Shown here: positions 10,450 through 20,796 of the stretch, in pieces
Layout of the letters: each line of letters begins with the position of its first letter
Position numbering within the stretch: the stretch's first letter is position 1
Assembly: GCA_963846575.1 (NCBI GenBank)
Contig: CAWJWJ010000002.1
Span: 480,001 to 544,000, forward strand
Reading direction: 5' to 3'
DNA from: an uncultured Nitrospiraceae bacterium
GTDB taxonomy: Bacteria > Nitrospirota > Nitrospiria > Nitrospirales > Nitrospiraceae
Length of the DNA: 64,000 nucleotides
The notes under the pieces: generated by a model
The model's input: the letters and a program-made list of their open reading frames with translations, nothing else
What the model was told of the DNA's origin: nothing
Databases searched by the model: none
Made by a program: the position numbers and the translations under genes

Positions 10450-11601
10450 ATGAGGAGCCGGAATCACCTCATCCTCGCCATTGCATCGTTGTTATTTCTC
10501 CTGATCGTGGTCATGGAATGGATGTTCCCGCTCAATGTGGTGGGCGCATTCGGATTTGTGCTGCCGATCCTCCTCGTGGCCACCCTTCGCAGTCGCCGTC
10601 TGATGATCATCACATTGACCTTGTGTATCCTGGTGACGGTGATCGGACTCATCCAGCCGGGTAAAAAAAAGGAACGTTTCACCGCCGTCGTCTTTAATCG
10701 CACCATGGTGGTCTGCGTGTTGGCGGTCGTTGCCTACATCGGGGTCACATGGGAAGAACGCAAAGCGCGTGAGGAGGCCGCCCGATCCGCCCTCGCGGAG
10801 CAAACCGAACATCTATTGCGCGCGAATACCCAGCTGGTGGAGGTCAAGGATAAATTGGCGCGGGCTGAGCGGCTGGCGGCACTGGGACAACTGGTCGCTT
10901 CGGTTGCGCATGAGGTAGGAACCCCGCTGCATTCTATCGCCTGGCATGTGGAAGCCTTGGGTGAGGAGCCGGGGGTCACGCCTGAGATGCAGAAGCGAAT
11001 CGATATCATCGATGAACAGTTGAATCGGGTGGTACGCATCATTCAAGATCTTCTCTCGTCAACGCGACAACGCAAGCCTGACCCGACGTGGTATCCTGCG
11101 GAGCGGTTAATCGAGCCGGTTGTGGAGTTGATCGAGCCAGCGTATCACGCTAAGGCGGTTTCACTTCGAGCCACCGTGACGCATCCGGTACTCGTCTGGG
11201 CGGACCCCGAAAAGATCCACCAGGTCTTGGTCAATCTTCTGACCAACGCTCTAGTTGCCACTGCCGCAGGGGGACAGGTGACAGTCGACGTGTCGACGCG
11301 GGCCGCCTCGATGGAAGAACGAGAGCGCGCGTCGGACAGGAGCCGGCTCGATCTTGACACCATGGTCATATTGGCGGTGAGCGATTCCGGCTGCGGGATG
11401 CCTCAGGAGGACGTGGAACGGGCTTTCCAACCATTTTTTACGACGAAGGCGATCGGGAAGGGCACGGGTTTGGGATTGTTCCTGAGCCGCGAGGCCGTCG
11501 TGGCCCACGGGGGACACCTGACGCTCCAGAGCGAAGTGGGGACAGGCACGACTGTGACCGTCATTCTCCCCGGCCTCCGCTCGGACCCGACCGCAGTCTA
11601 G
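10450..11601 (+). CDS. Membrane sensor histidine kinase (NtrB-like)
   Basis: N-terminal TMs; AHEVGTPL H-box, QVLVNLLTNA, DSGCG, PFFTTK, GTGLGL. Confidence 0.92.
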   Translation: MRSRNHLILAIASLLFLLIVVMEWMFPLNVVGAFGFVLPILLVATLRSRRLMIITLTLCILVTVIGLIQPGKKKERFTAVVFNRTMVVCVLAVVAYIGVTWEERKAREEAARSALAEQTEHLLRANTQLVEVKDKLARAERLAALGQLVASVAHEVGTPLHSIAWHVEALGEEPGVTPEMQKRIDIIDEQLNRVVRIIQDLLSSTRQRKPDPTWYPAERLIEPVVELIEPAYHAKAVSLRATVTHPVLVWADPEKIHQVLVNLLTNALVATAAGGQVTVDVSTRAASMEERERASDRSRLDLDTMVILAVSDSGCGMPQEDVERAFQPFFTTKAIGKGTGLGLFLSREAVVAHGGHLTLQSEVGTGTTVTVILPGLRSDPTAV

Positions 11602-11614
11602 GAGACATCCCCCA

Positions 11615-13009
11615 ATGAGCCAGGCGAAACTCTTCGTGGTTGATGACGACGATGCGGCACGCGCGCTGCTGGCTGAAGCGCTTCTGAAGGAAGGTTATGA
11701 GGTCGAAGCCTTCTCCAGCGGGCAAGCGGCCGTTGAGCGGGGCAAACAATCGCCTGTTGATGTGGTCCTGACCGACATTCGCATGGAACAAGGCGACGGC
11801 TTTCTCGTCTTGAAGGAGTTCAAGCGGTTCAGCCCGGAGACGTCGATTGTCCTACTCACGGCCTTCGGGTCGCTCGAGGGCGCCATCGAGGCGATCAAGC
11901 AGGGTGCCTATGACTACCTTGCCAAACCTTTCAAAAAAGATGACATCCGGCTGGTGGTGCAGCGTAGCCTGGAGCACTGCCGCCTGGTTCGAGAGAATGC
12001 CCGCTTCCGGGATGATGCGCGTGTTCGCGAACCCTGGTCTCAGTTGGTGGGCAGCAGTCCGGCCATGTTAGAGGTGTATAAGCTGGTGGCGCGTGTGTCC
12101 GAAGGACGTAGTACGGTTCTCATTGAAGGGGAGAGCGGAACCGGGAAGGAGTTGATCGCCAGGGCTGTGCATTTGAACAGTCCTCGTCGGGATAAACCGT
12201 TTATCCCCGTCAACTGCGGAGCCCTCCCTGACCATCTGCTGGAATCAGAAATGTTCGGGTATGAAAAAGGCGCCTTCACAGGAGCCGTGGGGACGAAGGT
12301 CGGCCTGTTCGAAGCGGCGCATGGCGGAACCCTGTTTCTTGATGAGATCGGTGATCTGGGACAGGCACTCCAGGTCAAATTGCTGCGGGTGATGCAGGAA
12401 CAGGAAGTGCGCCGCGTGGGTAGCACCTCGTCCGCTAAGGTAGACGTGCGCGTCATCGCCGCCACCAATCGAGATTTGGCCACGTTGGTCAAAGAAGGTC
12501 GGTTCCGGGACGACTTGTACTACCGTCTCAACGTGGTGCGAATAGCCTTGCCCTCGCTGGCCCAGCGACGGGAAGATATTACGATGCTTGCGCATCACTT
12601 TCTGCAGAAGTATGCCAAACACTCGCTGCATCTCAGAGGATTCTCGCCGGAAACGATGGCCCTGCTGAAGCGCTATCACTGGCCGGGCAATGTGCGGGAA
12701 CTTGAAAATGCCGTTGAACGGGCCGTCTCACTGAGCCATGGGCCGCTCTTGCTGCCGGAAGATCTCCCCGAGGCGATCAGAACGGACCCGGCGCCTGCTG
12801 ACTCGCTGAGGGCGGAGTCCTCCGACAGGGGACAGGACGCCCTGATGACGCTGGATGAGGTGGAGAAGCGGCATCTCGCGCTGGTCCTGAAAGAGACGCG
12901 CGGCAATAAGGTGAAGGCGGCGAAGATTCTGGGGATTGATCGGCGCACCTTGTACCGGATGGCCGAGCGGTTTGGGTTGGATTTCGGGGACGAGGCCGAA
13001 GGGAAGTAG
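11615..13009 (+). CDS. Sigma-54-dependent response regulator (NtrC/AtoC family)
   Basis: REC domain, GESGTGKE, GAFTGA, WPGNVREL, Fis-type HTH. Confidence 0.95.
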   Translation: MSQAKLFVVDDDDAARALLAEALLKEGYEVEAFSSGQAAVERGKQSPVDVVLTDIRMEQGDGFLVLKEFKRFSPETSIVLLTAFGSLEGAIEAIKQGAYDYLAKPFKKDDIRLVVQRSLEHCRLVRENARFRDDARVREPWSQLVGSSPAMLEVYKLVARVSEGRSTVLIEGESGTGKELIARAVHLNSPRRDKPFIPVNCGALPDHLLESEMFGYEKGAFTGAVGTKVGLFEAAHGGTLFLDEIGDLGQALQVKLLRVMQEQEVRRVGSTSSAKVDVRVIAATNRDLATLVKEGRFRDDLYYRLNVVRIALPSLAQRREDITMLAHHFLQKYAKHSLHLRGFSPETMALLKRYHWPGNVRELENAVERAVSLSHGPLLLPEDLPEAIRTDPAPADSLRAESSDRGQDALMTLDEVEKRHLALVLKETRGNKVKAAKILGIDRRTLYRMAERFGLDFGDEAEGK

Positions 13010-13018
13010 ATCGGCTCG

Positions 13019-13465
13019 TCAGAGCACTCGAAGCGCGTTCTTGACCAGGCGAATTTCATTCGCCGCACTTTGTGGCAAAGGGGTCTGGGCATCTTCCCAC
13101 GAGTCGAGAAGCCCGTCCTTCTCGCGATAAAACACTTGCAGCCGTAGACGGGTCGTGCTCTCGTCCAGCGCGACCACCCGAGCCTCCACTCGGCTCTTAC
13201 CCACTCCAAATCGCCAGCGCAGGAGCCCGTTCCACGGACTTCTGACTTCCCGTCGCATCCCGGTCGTCAGATTGCCGTCGTCTTCCTGCTCGACTTCATA
13301 CCCTCCTTGCGTCAGGACATACGCGACCGCGGTTTTGACTTGGTCGGCAGGGACCGGCAGCATCACTTCCATCACATCGAATTCCTGAAGGGGCGGCCCG
13401 GAGGCACATCCTCCAACCGTCGCAAGGATGAGTAGCAGCCACAGGCTGGCGGCCCGGAACTTCAT
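13019..13465 (-). CDS. Putative lipoprotein
   Basis: Signal peptide with lipobox VGGC. Confidence 0.75.
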   Translation of the reverse strand: MKFRAASLWLLLILATVGGCASGPPLQEFDVMEVMLPVPADQVKTAVAYVLTQGGYEVEQEDDGNLTTGMRREVRSPWNGLLRWRFGVGKSRVEARVVALDESTTRLRLQVFYREKDGLLDSWEDAQTPLPQSAANEIRLVKNALRVL

Positions 13466-13716
13466 TTGGGTTTAGTTTCCTGAAGGCGGTACACCATGTG
13501 GGTATCCGTCTGATCGACACCGGGGATGGCATGAATTTTAGCCAGCACCAACTGGGTTAATGCATCTTGATGGGGGATTTCGACGATGGTGAAAATATCC
13601 GGCTTCCCCCAGCAAGGATCAATTTGCTTGATTTCCTTGATCGTCGTTAAGGCCTTGACGACATCCGCCGTTTGACCGGGGTGCACATTGATCAGTACGT
13701 AGGCTTTGTCCGGCAT
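13462..13716 (-). CDS. Stand-alone Lrp/AsnC ligand-binding (RAM) domain protein
   Basis: MPDKAYVLINV..WGKPDIF..IHAIPGVDQTDT; no HTH. Confidence 0.8.
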   Translation of the reverse strand: MPDKAYVLINVHPGQTADVVKALTTIKEIKQIDPCWGKPDIFTIVEIPHQDALTQLVLAKIHAIPGVDQTDTHMVYRLQETKPK

Positions 13717-13846
13717 GCAGGGCATCTCCCATGGTGTGCACGAATGCGGCGGCACTATCTCCAGCGTTTCGAAACGTATCGGATTGCTTCGGGTGAAGTC
13801 AACCGAACCCCGGTCGGTCGTCCGGGGATGACGACGGTCTCTCACG

Positions 13847-15532
13847 TCATTTAGGGGCGACGATGACCTCGACTCTCAACCGCCCGCTGACTACGCTGAG
13901 GTCGGCCTCCAGCCCGCGAGGATTTCCGACGCGACCTTCCGGGTCGTAGATAAAGCAGAGGAGGATCTGTCCGTTCGGTCGCTCAGAGTAGTGGGCTGCG
14001 TCCAATTTGACCTGCTCGGCCAGATCCTTTGTCGTAAGCCCGGATCGAGTCTGCTTGACGACCAGGACAATCCTCTCCCAATCGAGAAGATAGCTGGTCC
14101 GACGGGCGCCACTCGCATAGGCCGGAGCCCACTCATCCGTCCCCACCTCATCAAACTGCAGACGCAGAAGCGCATACACGAGATCCTGCAGGTCGTATTC
14201 GTCGGTGATCTCCAGCGTGGGGCGGTACTCTCCTCGCAGGCGTAGTTGCCGGGCCACCAGGTGAAATCGGGTGCACAGTCTCCGAAGCCCTTCGAGCGTG
14301 CCGGTCTCAGTGTGTTCTGTCCCAATGACCACGTTCCGGAAAGGATGAGAGGGCGCGACAATTGAATCGACCGTAGAAAGGCCAGGGGCCTGTGATGGCT
14401 CGGGGCATGGGGGTGACGGGCGCTCAGTGCTCCGTACCTCACGGGCGACGTGTTGTGCGGCGTTCAATTGGTCAGGGGATTCCGATTCTATCGAAGGCAT
14501 CGATCGGATCGGGACAGCTCTGGATGTCGAGTCGGAAAGCGTATCTGGAAGTGCGTCCAAGGTTTCGACCGTTCCTGCAGGGCGTGGCGGTTGGATCAGC
14601 GGTTCTGCCGAAGGAGTCGAAAGGTTGGGTGGAGTCCGGACGGTCTGAGGCGCGCGGGGAACGGTTGTCTGCGAAACCACTGTCTGGAGCCCAGCCGAGC
14701 GGACCGGCATGGGCGTGGTCGAACAGGGCTCCGATGTCTCCGGCACAGCTGCAACGCCGGCCGGAGACGCCGGGCCAGGCATCGTTGGGCTGCGATCCGG
14801 TACTGGGACGCTTGAGGTCCCCTCTCTTCCCGTTCTGACATCGGGCGTAGTCTCGGCATCGTGAGTCCGGGAGGGCGATGGCGGCCGAGGTTGCCCGGGC
14901 ATGGAGGTGTCGCTGATCGGTTGAGTGGCCTTTGCGGGGGTCGGAACGGGAAGCGGGGGATTCACGGAAGCCGGGGGCCTGACGGGGAGGGGATCGCTAG
15001 CCTGGGGCGACGGCATGACGTTGGCCGACTGTTCACTTGTGGTCACCTTCGGAGAACTGGATGGTGTCCCCGTTGTGCCGGGGGTATCTCGCGGGGAAGC
15101 GGCTTTGCCTCGAGAATCGGACAGCGAGGCCGGGGCAACTGCCGTCAGCGTCGGACGTTCCGGTGCTGTGACCGGGGGTGACGCTCCTGAGATGGCTGCG
15201 AGACCCAAGAGGTCGGCCTTTTGGTCCTCCAGTGCGCGGATCAACTGTTTGAGAAGGGTTGTACTTTGCGCGGATTCGGCCGGATTTCCGACTCGTAGCT
15301 TGTGATTCTTGTGCGTCTGATACTCCGGGGATTTGTCTCCAAACACCCGCCGAATCGTTTCACGAAATGAGAGTTCGGTTCTGGCGCGGCCTGCGTCGCG
15401 GTAGGGAAAGCCCTCCCGGCTAAGGTCGTCGATTTGCGCGCTCAGTACCCGCAGTTGCTCAATTCCGTGGGTCAGTTCCTCAGCGATGGTGAGTTTCGCC
15501 TTACGCGATTCGCTTGTTTTTGGTCGTGCCAT
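13847..15532 (-). CDS. Protein with N-terminal helical domain, long Pro/Ser/Thr-rich linker and C-terminal REase_DpnII-MboI-like domain (apparently inactive)
   Basis: C-terminus DEYDLQDLVYALLRL..EWAPAYA..LLCFIYDPEGRVGNPRGLEADL recalls that family. Confidence 0.75.
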   Translation of the reverse strand: MARPKTSESRKAKLTIAEELTHGIEQLRVLSAQIDDLSREGFPYRDAGRARTELSFRETIRRVFGDKSPEYQTHKNHKLRVGNPAESAQSTTLLKQLIRALEDQKADLLGLAAISGASPPVTAPERPTLTAVAPASLSDSRGKAASPRDTPGTTGTPSSSPKVTTSEQSANVMPSPQASDPLPVRPPASVNPPLPVPTPAKATQPISDTSMPGQPRPPSPSRTHDAETTPDVRTGREGTSSVPVPDRSPTMPGPASPAGVAAVPETSEPCSTTPMPVRSAGLQTVVSQTTVPRAPQTVRTPPNLSTPSAEPLIQPPRPAGTVETLDALPDTLSDSTSRAVPIRSMPSIESESPDQLNAAQHVAREVRSTERPSPPCPEPSQAPGLSTVDSIVAPSHPFRNVVIGTEHTETGTLEGLRRLCTRFHLVARQLRLRGEYRPTLEITDEYDLQDLVYALLRLQFDEVGTDEWAPAYASGARRTSYLLDWERIVLVVKQTRSGLTTKDLAEQVKLDAAHYSERPNGQILLCFIYDPEGRVGNPRGLEADLSVVSGRLRVEVIVAPK

Positions 15533-15627
15533 GAATCATGCGCCTCTAGTCAGACTCTCTCGAGAAGGATGCTGTCACGCAGCGACGAGTCCGATTTCAT
15601 TCGGGGACAACGTGGACATACTTGCTG

Positions 15628-16122
15628 CTAATCAAACCACTCAACTTCCCCCTGGCCGGTCCGTGCGGATTTTTTTAGATTCGCCGTGGCCGGTGGGCCT
15701 GCTAAAACCTGCAGCACCAGCGTCAGCAATGCTTCTGTCGTAAAGGGCTTCTTCAAAAATGGCAAACCATCCCGTATAAGACCGCGACTGAGCAACTCAA
15801 GACGGGGACTACCGGACATGAGAACCACACGGAGTTCTCGTTTTCCTGCTAACAGCCGCTCAATCATCTCAAGCCCATTCACCCGGGGATAGGGGTTCTG
15901 CTCTACTGAGAGCTGGAATCCGGGCGGCGGAAGGAAGATGTCGGTGAGAACGAGATCGAGCGGTTTGAGCTGCTCGGCAGAGAGTCTCAGTGCCTCGGAG
16001 CTTCCTGGCGCTTGCAGCACCTTGTATCCGGCCTCCTGTAATGGCTTCGAGCAACGCAAGAGGTTAGAGGGATCGTCGTCTACAATCAAAATGGTCGAAG
16101 GCTGTTTCGGGTCGGTGGTCAT
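15628..16122 (-). CDS. Single-domain response regulator
   Basis: ILIVDDD, LVLTD, MSG, FLKKPF. Confidence 0.88.
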   Translation of the reverse strand: MTTDPKQPSTILIVDDDPSNLLRCSKPLQEAGYKVLQAPGSSEALRLSAEQLKPLDLVLTDIFLPPPGFQLSVEQNPYPRVNGLEMIERLLAGKRELRVVLMSGSPRLELLSRGLIRDGLPFLKKPFTTEALLTLVLQVLAGPPATANLKKSARTGQGEVEWFD

Positions 16123-16160
16123 GGCGGTTTTCTCCGCGGGATGTGCGCTCTCTCGCCGGC

Positions 16161-17009
16161 CTAGAAGGGACGACGTTGCTCCTTGAGACGTTCATATTCG
16201 CGCTGTTCGCAGCGCTTTTGCTCCGGCCGCAGAGATGCCGGGACCTCCGCAAACCGTAACGTGCAATATCGTTGCGCCTGTTGCCGCCGGTCCTGGTCCT
16301 GTTGCTCCTCGAGCTGTTGTAGCCGGACCGTCAAGTCGATGGCGGGAAGCTCTCTGTCTGCCGGTCTGTCTGGCTGTGGCGCGGGGGGTGCATCGTCGCT
16401 TGAGCGCGGGTGTGGACCGTTCAGTCGCCAACGTGTCACCACGTCGTCCTGGTTAAACACGATGGTCAGGCCGAACTGGGAATACTCCCATGTCAGTTCG
16501 CCTCTGTCTGGATGTGCCAGGATGGAACGGGGAAGTCCGTAGCGGTTCCACACTTCGTCCCGCAGCATGCCGACGCGTGGAGTGAGATTACGGACTGCTG
16601 TGATGTGGGCGACGATTGGCGAAATATCCGCCTGCCTGCCAGGGGTAGGTTGTCTCGTGAGGGATTCGAGCATGGTTTTGGGAGCACGTAAGAGCCGCCA
16701 TACTGTGACCAATCCTGGAGGACAGTCGGGAGGATGTGGTTCCTCGAAGACCATTTGGGTATCCAGGGGAAAGCCGCCGATTTCCCGGGCCCTCGTGAAA
16801 TTCTTCACCTCCTGCACCGCGGCGACATATGCACGTTGACGTCCTTCCTCCACGTTCGGCGCGCAAGAGGATCGTCCGGTGAAGAAGACGTCGTCGCCAA
16901 AGTGGAAAAGAGCCTGCTCAGTCCAAAACGGATGGTTTTCAACGGCCTCTGCCGTCGAGACCACCAGCAGACTGAGGCTCAGGAGCGAGGTCGCAATGAA
17001 ACGGGCCAT
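16161..17009 (-). CDS. Exported hypothetical protein
   Basis: Signal peptide ending AEA; GM.RDEV...YG.P...WEY segment resembles SmpA/OmlA-like domains. Confidence 0.7.
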   Translation of the reverse strand: MARFIATSLLSLSLLVVSTAEAVENHPFWTEQALFHFGDDVFFTGRSSCAPNVEEGRQRAYVAAVQEVKNFTRAREIGGFPLDTQMVFEEPHPPDCPPGLVTVWRLLRAPKTMLESLTRQPTPGRQADISPIVAHITAVRNLTPRVGMLRDEVWNRYGLPRSILAHPDRGELTWEYSQFGLTIVFNQDDVVTRWRLNGPHPRSSDDAPPAPQPDRPADRELPAIDLTVRLQQLEEQQDQDRRQQAQRYCTLRFAEVPASLRPEQKRCEQREYERLKEQRRPF

Positions 17010-17176
17010 AGGCCTGCCTGCCGAATGAGGTTGCGGTCAGCACTCCTGCAGTATAACGCCTGGGCGGGCAAAATCGACAAAAGACCATTTTCCCGCTCGT
17101 TGGAGGATCCGGTGGAGTACCCGCGCAGCCAGGGGATGATGGTAAGGGTCGGGGCGAATGATGGAAGATAAATCGA

Positions 17177-17866
17177 TTAGTAGTTCGTGGACGTCGTTGG
17201 ACTTTGATTGCTCGAAGCAGGGGGAGCGGCTTGTGGTTTGGGATGGCTCACCTCGCTTGTCATGAGGCCGGATCCCGGAGGGCAGATACTCTCGGGCGCA
17301 TTGGCACCAGGGTTGCGCATGCCCCAGGCCGTCGCAAGGGCATGACAGGTGAGGAGGCTGATGCCTTCTTCGATATTCCCGAAACGCTCCGCGGACTGAG
17401 CTTTGCCGCTCCATTCAATTTCACCGGTGTTCACATCCACGGCCCTGAGAGCCACTGTCGCCGAATACACACGCTGATTGTGCGGAAAACCGGTGCTCCA
17501 ATCCAAAGCCTCCCAGGATCCCACCTCGGCATTGCTGAAGACCACGAGTCGAGCGCCTACTAATTTGGCCATTCGCAGTACGTCTGTTTCAAGGTACTGG
17601 TATCCCGTGAGATTGACCTTTTGATCGGCTGCGGCTTGGAGCACTTTCGTCTGGTCCACCACGAGAATGCCCTTCTTCAACAACCAGGTGCTGGCGCTCT
17701 GGATCGTATCGGGGCGTCCACCCCACACGACTGCTCTGGTATAGGGGGCAGGGAGCTTCGAGTGGAAACCATCCGTCATGGGCGTGTCCACGAATGCGTA
17801 TCCTCTACAGCCGGCGGCTGCCAGCAACAGTAGGCATAAAACCAGACGCAGTGTCATTGTGTTCAT
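17177..17866 (-). CDS. Putative lipoprotein (CsgG/LpoB-like fold, tentative)
   Basis: Lipobox AAGC; LRAVDVNTGEIEWSG motif. Confidence 0.7.
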   Translation of the reverse strand: MNTMTLRLVLCLLLLAAAGCRGYAFVDTPMTDGFHSKLPAPYTRAVVWGGRPDTIQSASTWLLKKGILVVDQTKVLQAAADQKVNLTGYQYLETDVLRMAKLVGARLVVFSNAEVGSWEALDWSTGFPHNQRVYSATVALRAVDVNTGEIEWSGKAQSAERFGNIEEGISLLTCHALATAWGMRNPGANAPESICPPGSGLMTSEVSHPKPQAAPPASSNQSPTTSTNY

Positions 17867-18219
17867 CGGTCTCTCAGCTCCGGGACTAGCCGGAGGTCAT
17901 CACTGTGAAGCTGTTTCATCGAAGACATGTGAGCTTGTGCGCGGTAGTGTCTGCTGCTGCGAGACAGTATACATGAACGATTCTACACAGGTTAGCCGTA
18001 TTCGTCGAGACGATTGCATGACGAAGAACCTGGCTATAGGAGGAACGGAGGGACGCGCACTCTCGAGCCGCTGGGGAGCGCAGGGGATGAGCCTGCCAGC
18101 CGTGCGTCTGATCCGTCATGGGTTGTGGAGAACTGATGGTGAGAGGGGGCGTGACTAGGTGGCGCGAGGTACCAAGCACGCGGCGGTTCTAGCGAAGGCT
18201 GCTAGGACCGCCGCGGAAC

Positions 18220-18351
18220 TCACAGAATTTCGACCTGTGGGAACGTGCTCTGGTCGCCGGTCTGTTGTGGCCGATCCGCCATGACCATAAGCTGGACCGC
18301 GATAAATGGAACCACTGCGTAACCGATGAGGATCAACGGGAACTCAATCAT
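18220..18351 (-). CDS. Small single-TM protein (43 aa)
   Basis: AAGGAG RBS; MIEFPLILIGYAVVPFIAVQLMVMAD; strong hairpin immediately downstream (~18179-18216). Confidence 0.55.
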   Translation of the reverse strand: MIEFPLILIGYAVVPFIAVQLMVMADRPQQTGDQSTFPQVEIL

Positions 18352-18658
18352 GGCCTGGAACTCCTTTGTTATCTGGAGCGCTGTTATGCAAAGCCGGGGC
18401 CGTACCATTGTCGTTCCGTAACGTATTGATTCCTCATACGAGTGAGTGCCAGGTCGATCGCAAGCGTGCGTCAATTGTGACAGCGGAGGAGGGAAGAACT
18501 TGTGCAATCAGGGCACTTTACGCTGAGCCAGAAGACCTAAGGGTAGTCGGGCAGAATGGAAAGCCTTCCGGGGCATACGGAAGCCTTTCCATTGTCCCTG
18601 CCTCGCACCTGGAGGACCACCGGAAACGATTGCCTCCTCCGTGCCAATTCTCTGCCTG

Positions 18659-18701
18659 TGAGCAATTTTGATCAGTCGTCATCGGTGCATCGGGATAGCA
18701 T
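18659..18701 (+). promoter_or_regulatory. TGAGCA-N4-TGAYCAG site with -10-like TAGCAT (copy 1)
   Basis: TGAGCAATTTTGATCAG 18659-18675; TAGCAT 18696-18701; upstream of ORF 18812. Confidence 0.6.
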
Positions 18702-18811
18702 GGTACCGGAGGTTCGGTGGTGTGTGCTGCTCGCGTCCCGAGAGCGGCAAAGACGTGCCCTAAGGTTGGAGAGGTCGGCTGTCAGTTCGCTAGGGCAGAA
18801 CAGGAGGAGCC

Positions 18812-19039
18812 ATGCAGCCATGCAAACGATGCGGCGGGTTTCTGATGATCGAAAACTGGTTGAATCTCGCCGGCGATCTCACACAGAAGGACATCCAGGG
18901 AACCAGGTGCGTAAACTGCGGGTCGATCGATGACCCGGTCATACTCGCGAACCGTCGACGGCGCCACCCTGCTTCGGTAGAAGCCCGAGCAACGCATCGT
19001 GGACGGCAATATCTCATTCTCTCCACAGGTCACAGATAA
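18812..19039 (+). CDS. Small zinc-ribbon protein (CxxC...CxxC-DP.I.NR)
   Basis: AGGAGG RBS; CKRCGG...RCVNCGSIDDPVILANR; paralog at 26278-26490. Confidence 0.75.
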   Translation: MQPCKRCGGFLMIENWLNLAGDLTQKDIQGTRCVNCGSIDDPVILANRRRRHPASVEARATHRGRQYLILSTGHR

Positions 19040-19063
19040 AACTACGAGGCAGATAGGGAGACG

Positions 19064-19351
19064 TCAGCGCTCGCCGGCAGCAGGGGCATGCCATCTCGCA
19101 TCTTTCTCGCGTGCAGCTTCGAGTTCCTGATCCCGAGGACCGGCGTCAGGACCCGGCCCCCCTTCTCGCGACTTCGGTTTGTGCCTCGACATCTCGTGGG
19201 TTCTGTTGGCGGGCGTGCAGGAGGCACACAGATGTGGGCCCGAGATTCTGGCGGTTGAGCAGACCTCCAGATTTGGCGAACCACATGCCGCACAGATCGC
19301 CAACTCAATACAGGCTATAGGTTGAGGTGCACGGGCAGTCCGGCAGGTCAT
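19064..19351 (-). CDS. Small Cys-rich hypothetical protein (CAAC...CASC)
   Basis: GGAGG RBS before ATG 19351; two CxxC pairs; motif copy 2 lies upstream. Confidence 0.5.
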   Translation of the reverse strand: MTCRTARAPQPIACIELAICAACGSPNLEVCSTARISGPHLCASCTPANRTHEMSRHKPKSREGGPGPDAGPRDQELEAAREKDARWHAPAAGER

Positions 19352-19447
19352 GGTGCCGCCTCCGTGGTGCCGAGACGAGTTTTTCATCCGTAGGTCGTCG
19401 AGACATCTTGGTCACCACCCCGAAAAGCCGGCTACGGATGTACGTTC

Positions 19448-19490
19448 ACGCTACTACGCCTGCGACTGCGAGGCTGGTCAAAACTGCTCA
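19448..19490 (-). promoter_or_regulatory. TGAGCA-N4-TGAYCAG site with -10-like TAGCGT (copy 2)
   Basis: Minus strand TGAGCAGTTTTGACCAG 19490-19474; TAGCGT 19453-19448. Confidence 0.6.
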
Positions 19491-19575
19491 GGTTCGACGT
19501 TATGCCGGCCGGAGTTGAGGTTGCCTGTTGTGCAGGCGGGGGAGTAATGCAGACAGGAAGACCTGAAAGGTGGAA

Positions 19576-20229
19576 CTAGTCGTGCAGGACCACGTTGAGA
19601 AGAGATCTGTGGACGTGTAACGTGCCGTTGTACTCGATGAATCCGAGTTTTCGAAACTTATTCATAAAGAAACTCACCCGTGAGCGCGTGGTGCCGATCA
19701 TTTCAGCCAGTATCTCCTGGCTGATCTTGGGAATGACCGGCTCCGGCTTATCGTCCTTTCCAAAATGTGCCAATAGGAGCAGGACACGGGCGAGTCGCTT
19801 TTCGCTGGAGTTGAACAGTTGATCGACCAGATCTTCTTCGATGCGCATGTTGTGAGACAGCAGATAGGACATGAAGAGCTCGGAGAACGACGCGTCCTTG
19901 CGGAGCACCCGAAGCATCGCACTTTTTTCAATGCGCAGCAGCGTCGACTCTTCCTGTGCGGTCGCTGTTGCCATGCGTATCACCTGGCCCGCGAGACACG
20001 ATTCTCCGAAAAACGCGCCGGGTTCCAGCAACGCAAGGACCGCTTCTTTGCCCTGCCTGGAGACGACGCTAAGCTTGACCTTTCCGGTCTTGATGAAGAA
20101 CACCGCATTCGCGACATCCCCTTGCGAAAAAATCGTGTGGTGCTTAGGCGTACTCAGGCTCGTTTTGCCGGCCCCCACCTTAGCCAATAACGAGTCGGGA
20201 CAAAACCTCGGGGCGCGTTTGGTTGCCAT
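19576..20229 (-). CDS. Crp/Fnr family transcriptional regulator
   Basis: cNMP-binding domain (IFSQGD..GAFFGESCL), EKRLAR, HTH SQEILAEMIGTTRSRVS; no Fnr-type N-terminal Cys cluster. Confidence 0.93.
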   Translation of the reverse strand: MATKRAPRFCPDSLLAKVGAGKTSLSTPKHHTIFSQGDVANAVFFIKTGKVKLSVVSRQGKEAVLALLEPGAFFGESCLAGQVIRMATATAQEESTLLRIEKSAMLRVLRKDASFSELFMSYLLSHNMRIEEDLVDQLFNSSEKRLARVLLLLAHFGKDDKPEPVIPKISQEILAEMIGTTRSRVSFFMNKFRKLGFIEYNGTLHVHRSLLNVVLHD

Positions 20230-20796
20230 GAGGAACCCCTCACTGCCAGTAGCAACGGCCGGACTGCGGCCAATGGTGGCATAGAGAATTCAACGATTCA
20301 AGAGATGTCGTCCCTGCGACCGCACTCTGTGGTGAGTCTAAGAGGCACCAGGGTAGGCTGCCGGGGGCATTGCAATCGATCTTCGAGTACTGGATCGTTA
20401 GTCGCACCGAGAGGCGGCGCGCCCTTCGCACCGGGGCAGGATAACCCCATTTCCCCAGTTGTTGTGGTAAAACGCCGGGCCCAGCCATACCGGGGAACGC
20501 TTTGTGATGCGCGTCATTCTGGAGTTTGAGCAAGTGATGGCCTAAGGCCTGGAACGCCTACCGGTAAGGGCGAAGGAACAAGACTATGCCGGCGGCGCAG
20601 AGCCGGTCGCTTGGAGCCTGCTTCGTTTACGTTGAGTCGGCCAAAAATCACAGCGGGGAGGAAATAGGTCTAGCAGAGAGCCCATCTTCGCTCCTGAGAC
20701 GCCGAGTGAACCATGCAATCCGGCCGGGCCGCTTCAAAGGCTGTCGCGTACATCGGCAAGGGTTGGCGACCTGAGACGCGCGATGCTGCGGGGGAT

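Noticed and set aside
18631..18647. Sigma-54 promoter-like TGGCAC-N7-GCA on the minus strand
   Set aside because: GG-N10-GC spacing is right, but the -12 element lacks TT and there is no independent support.
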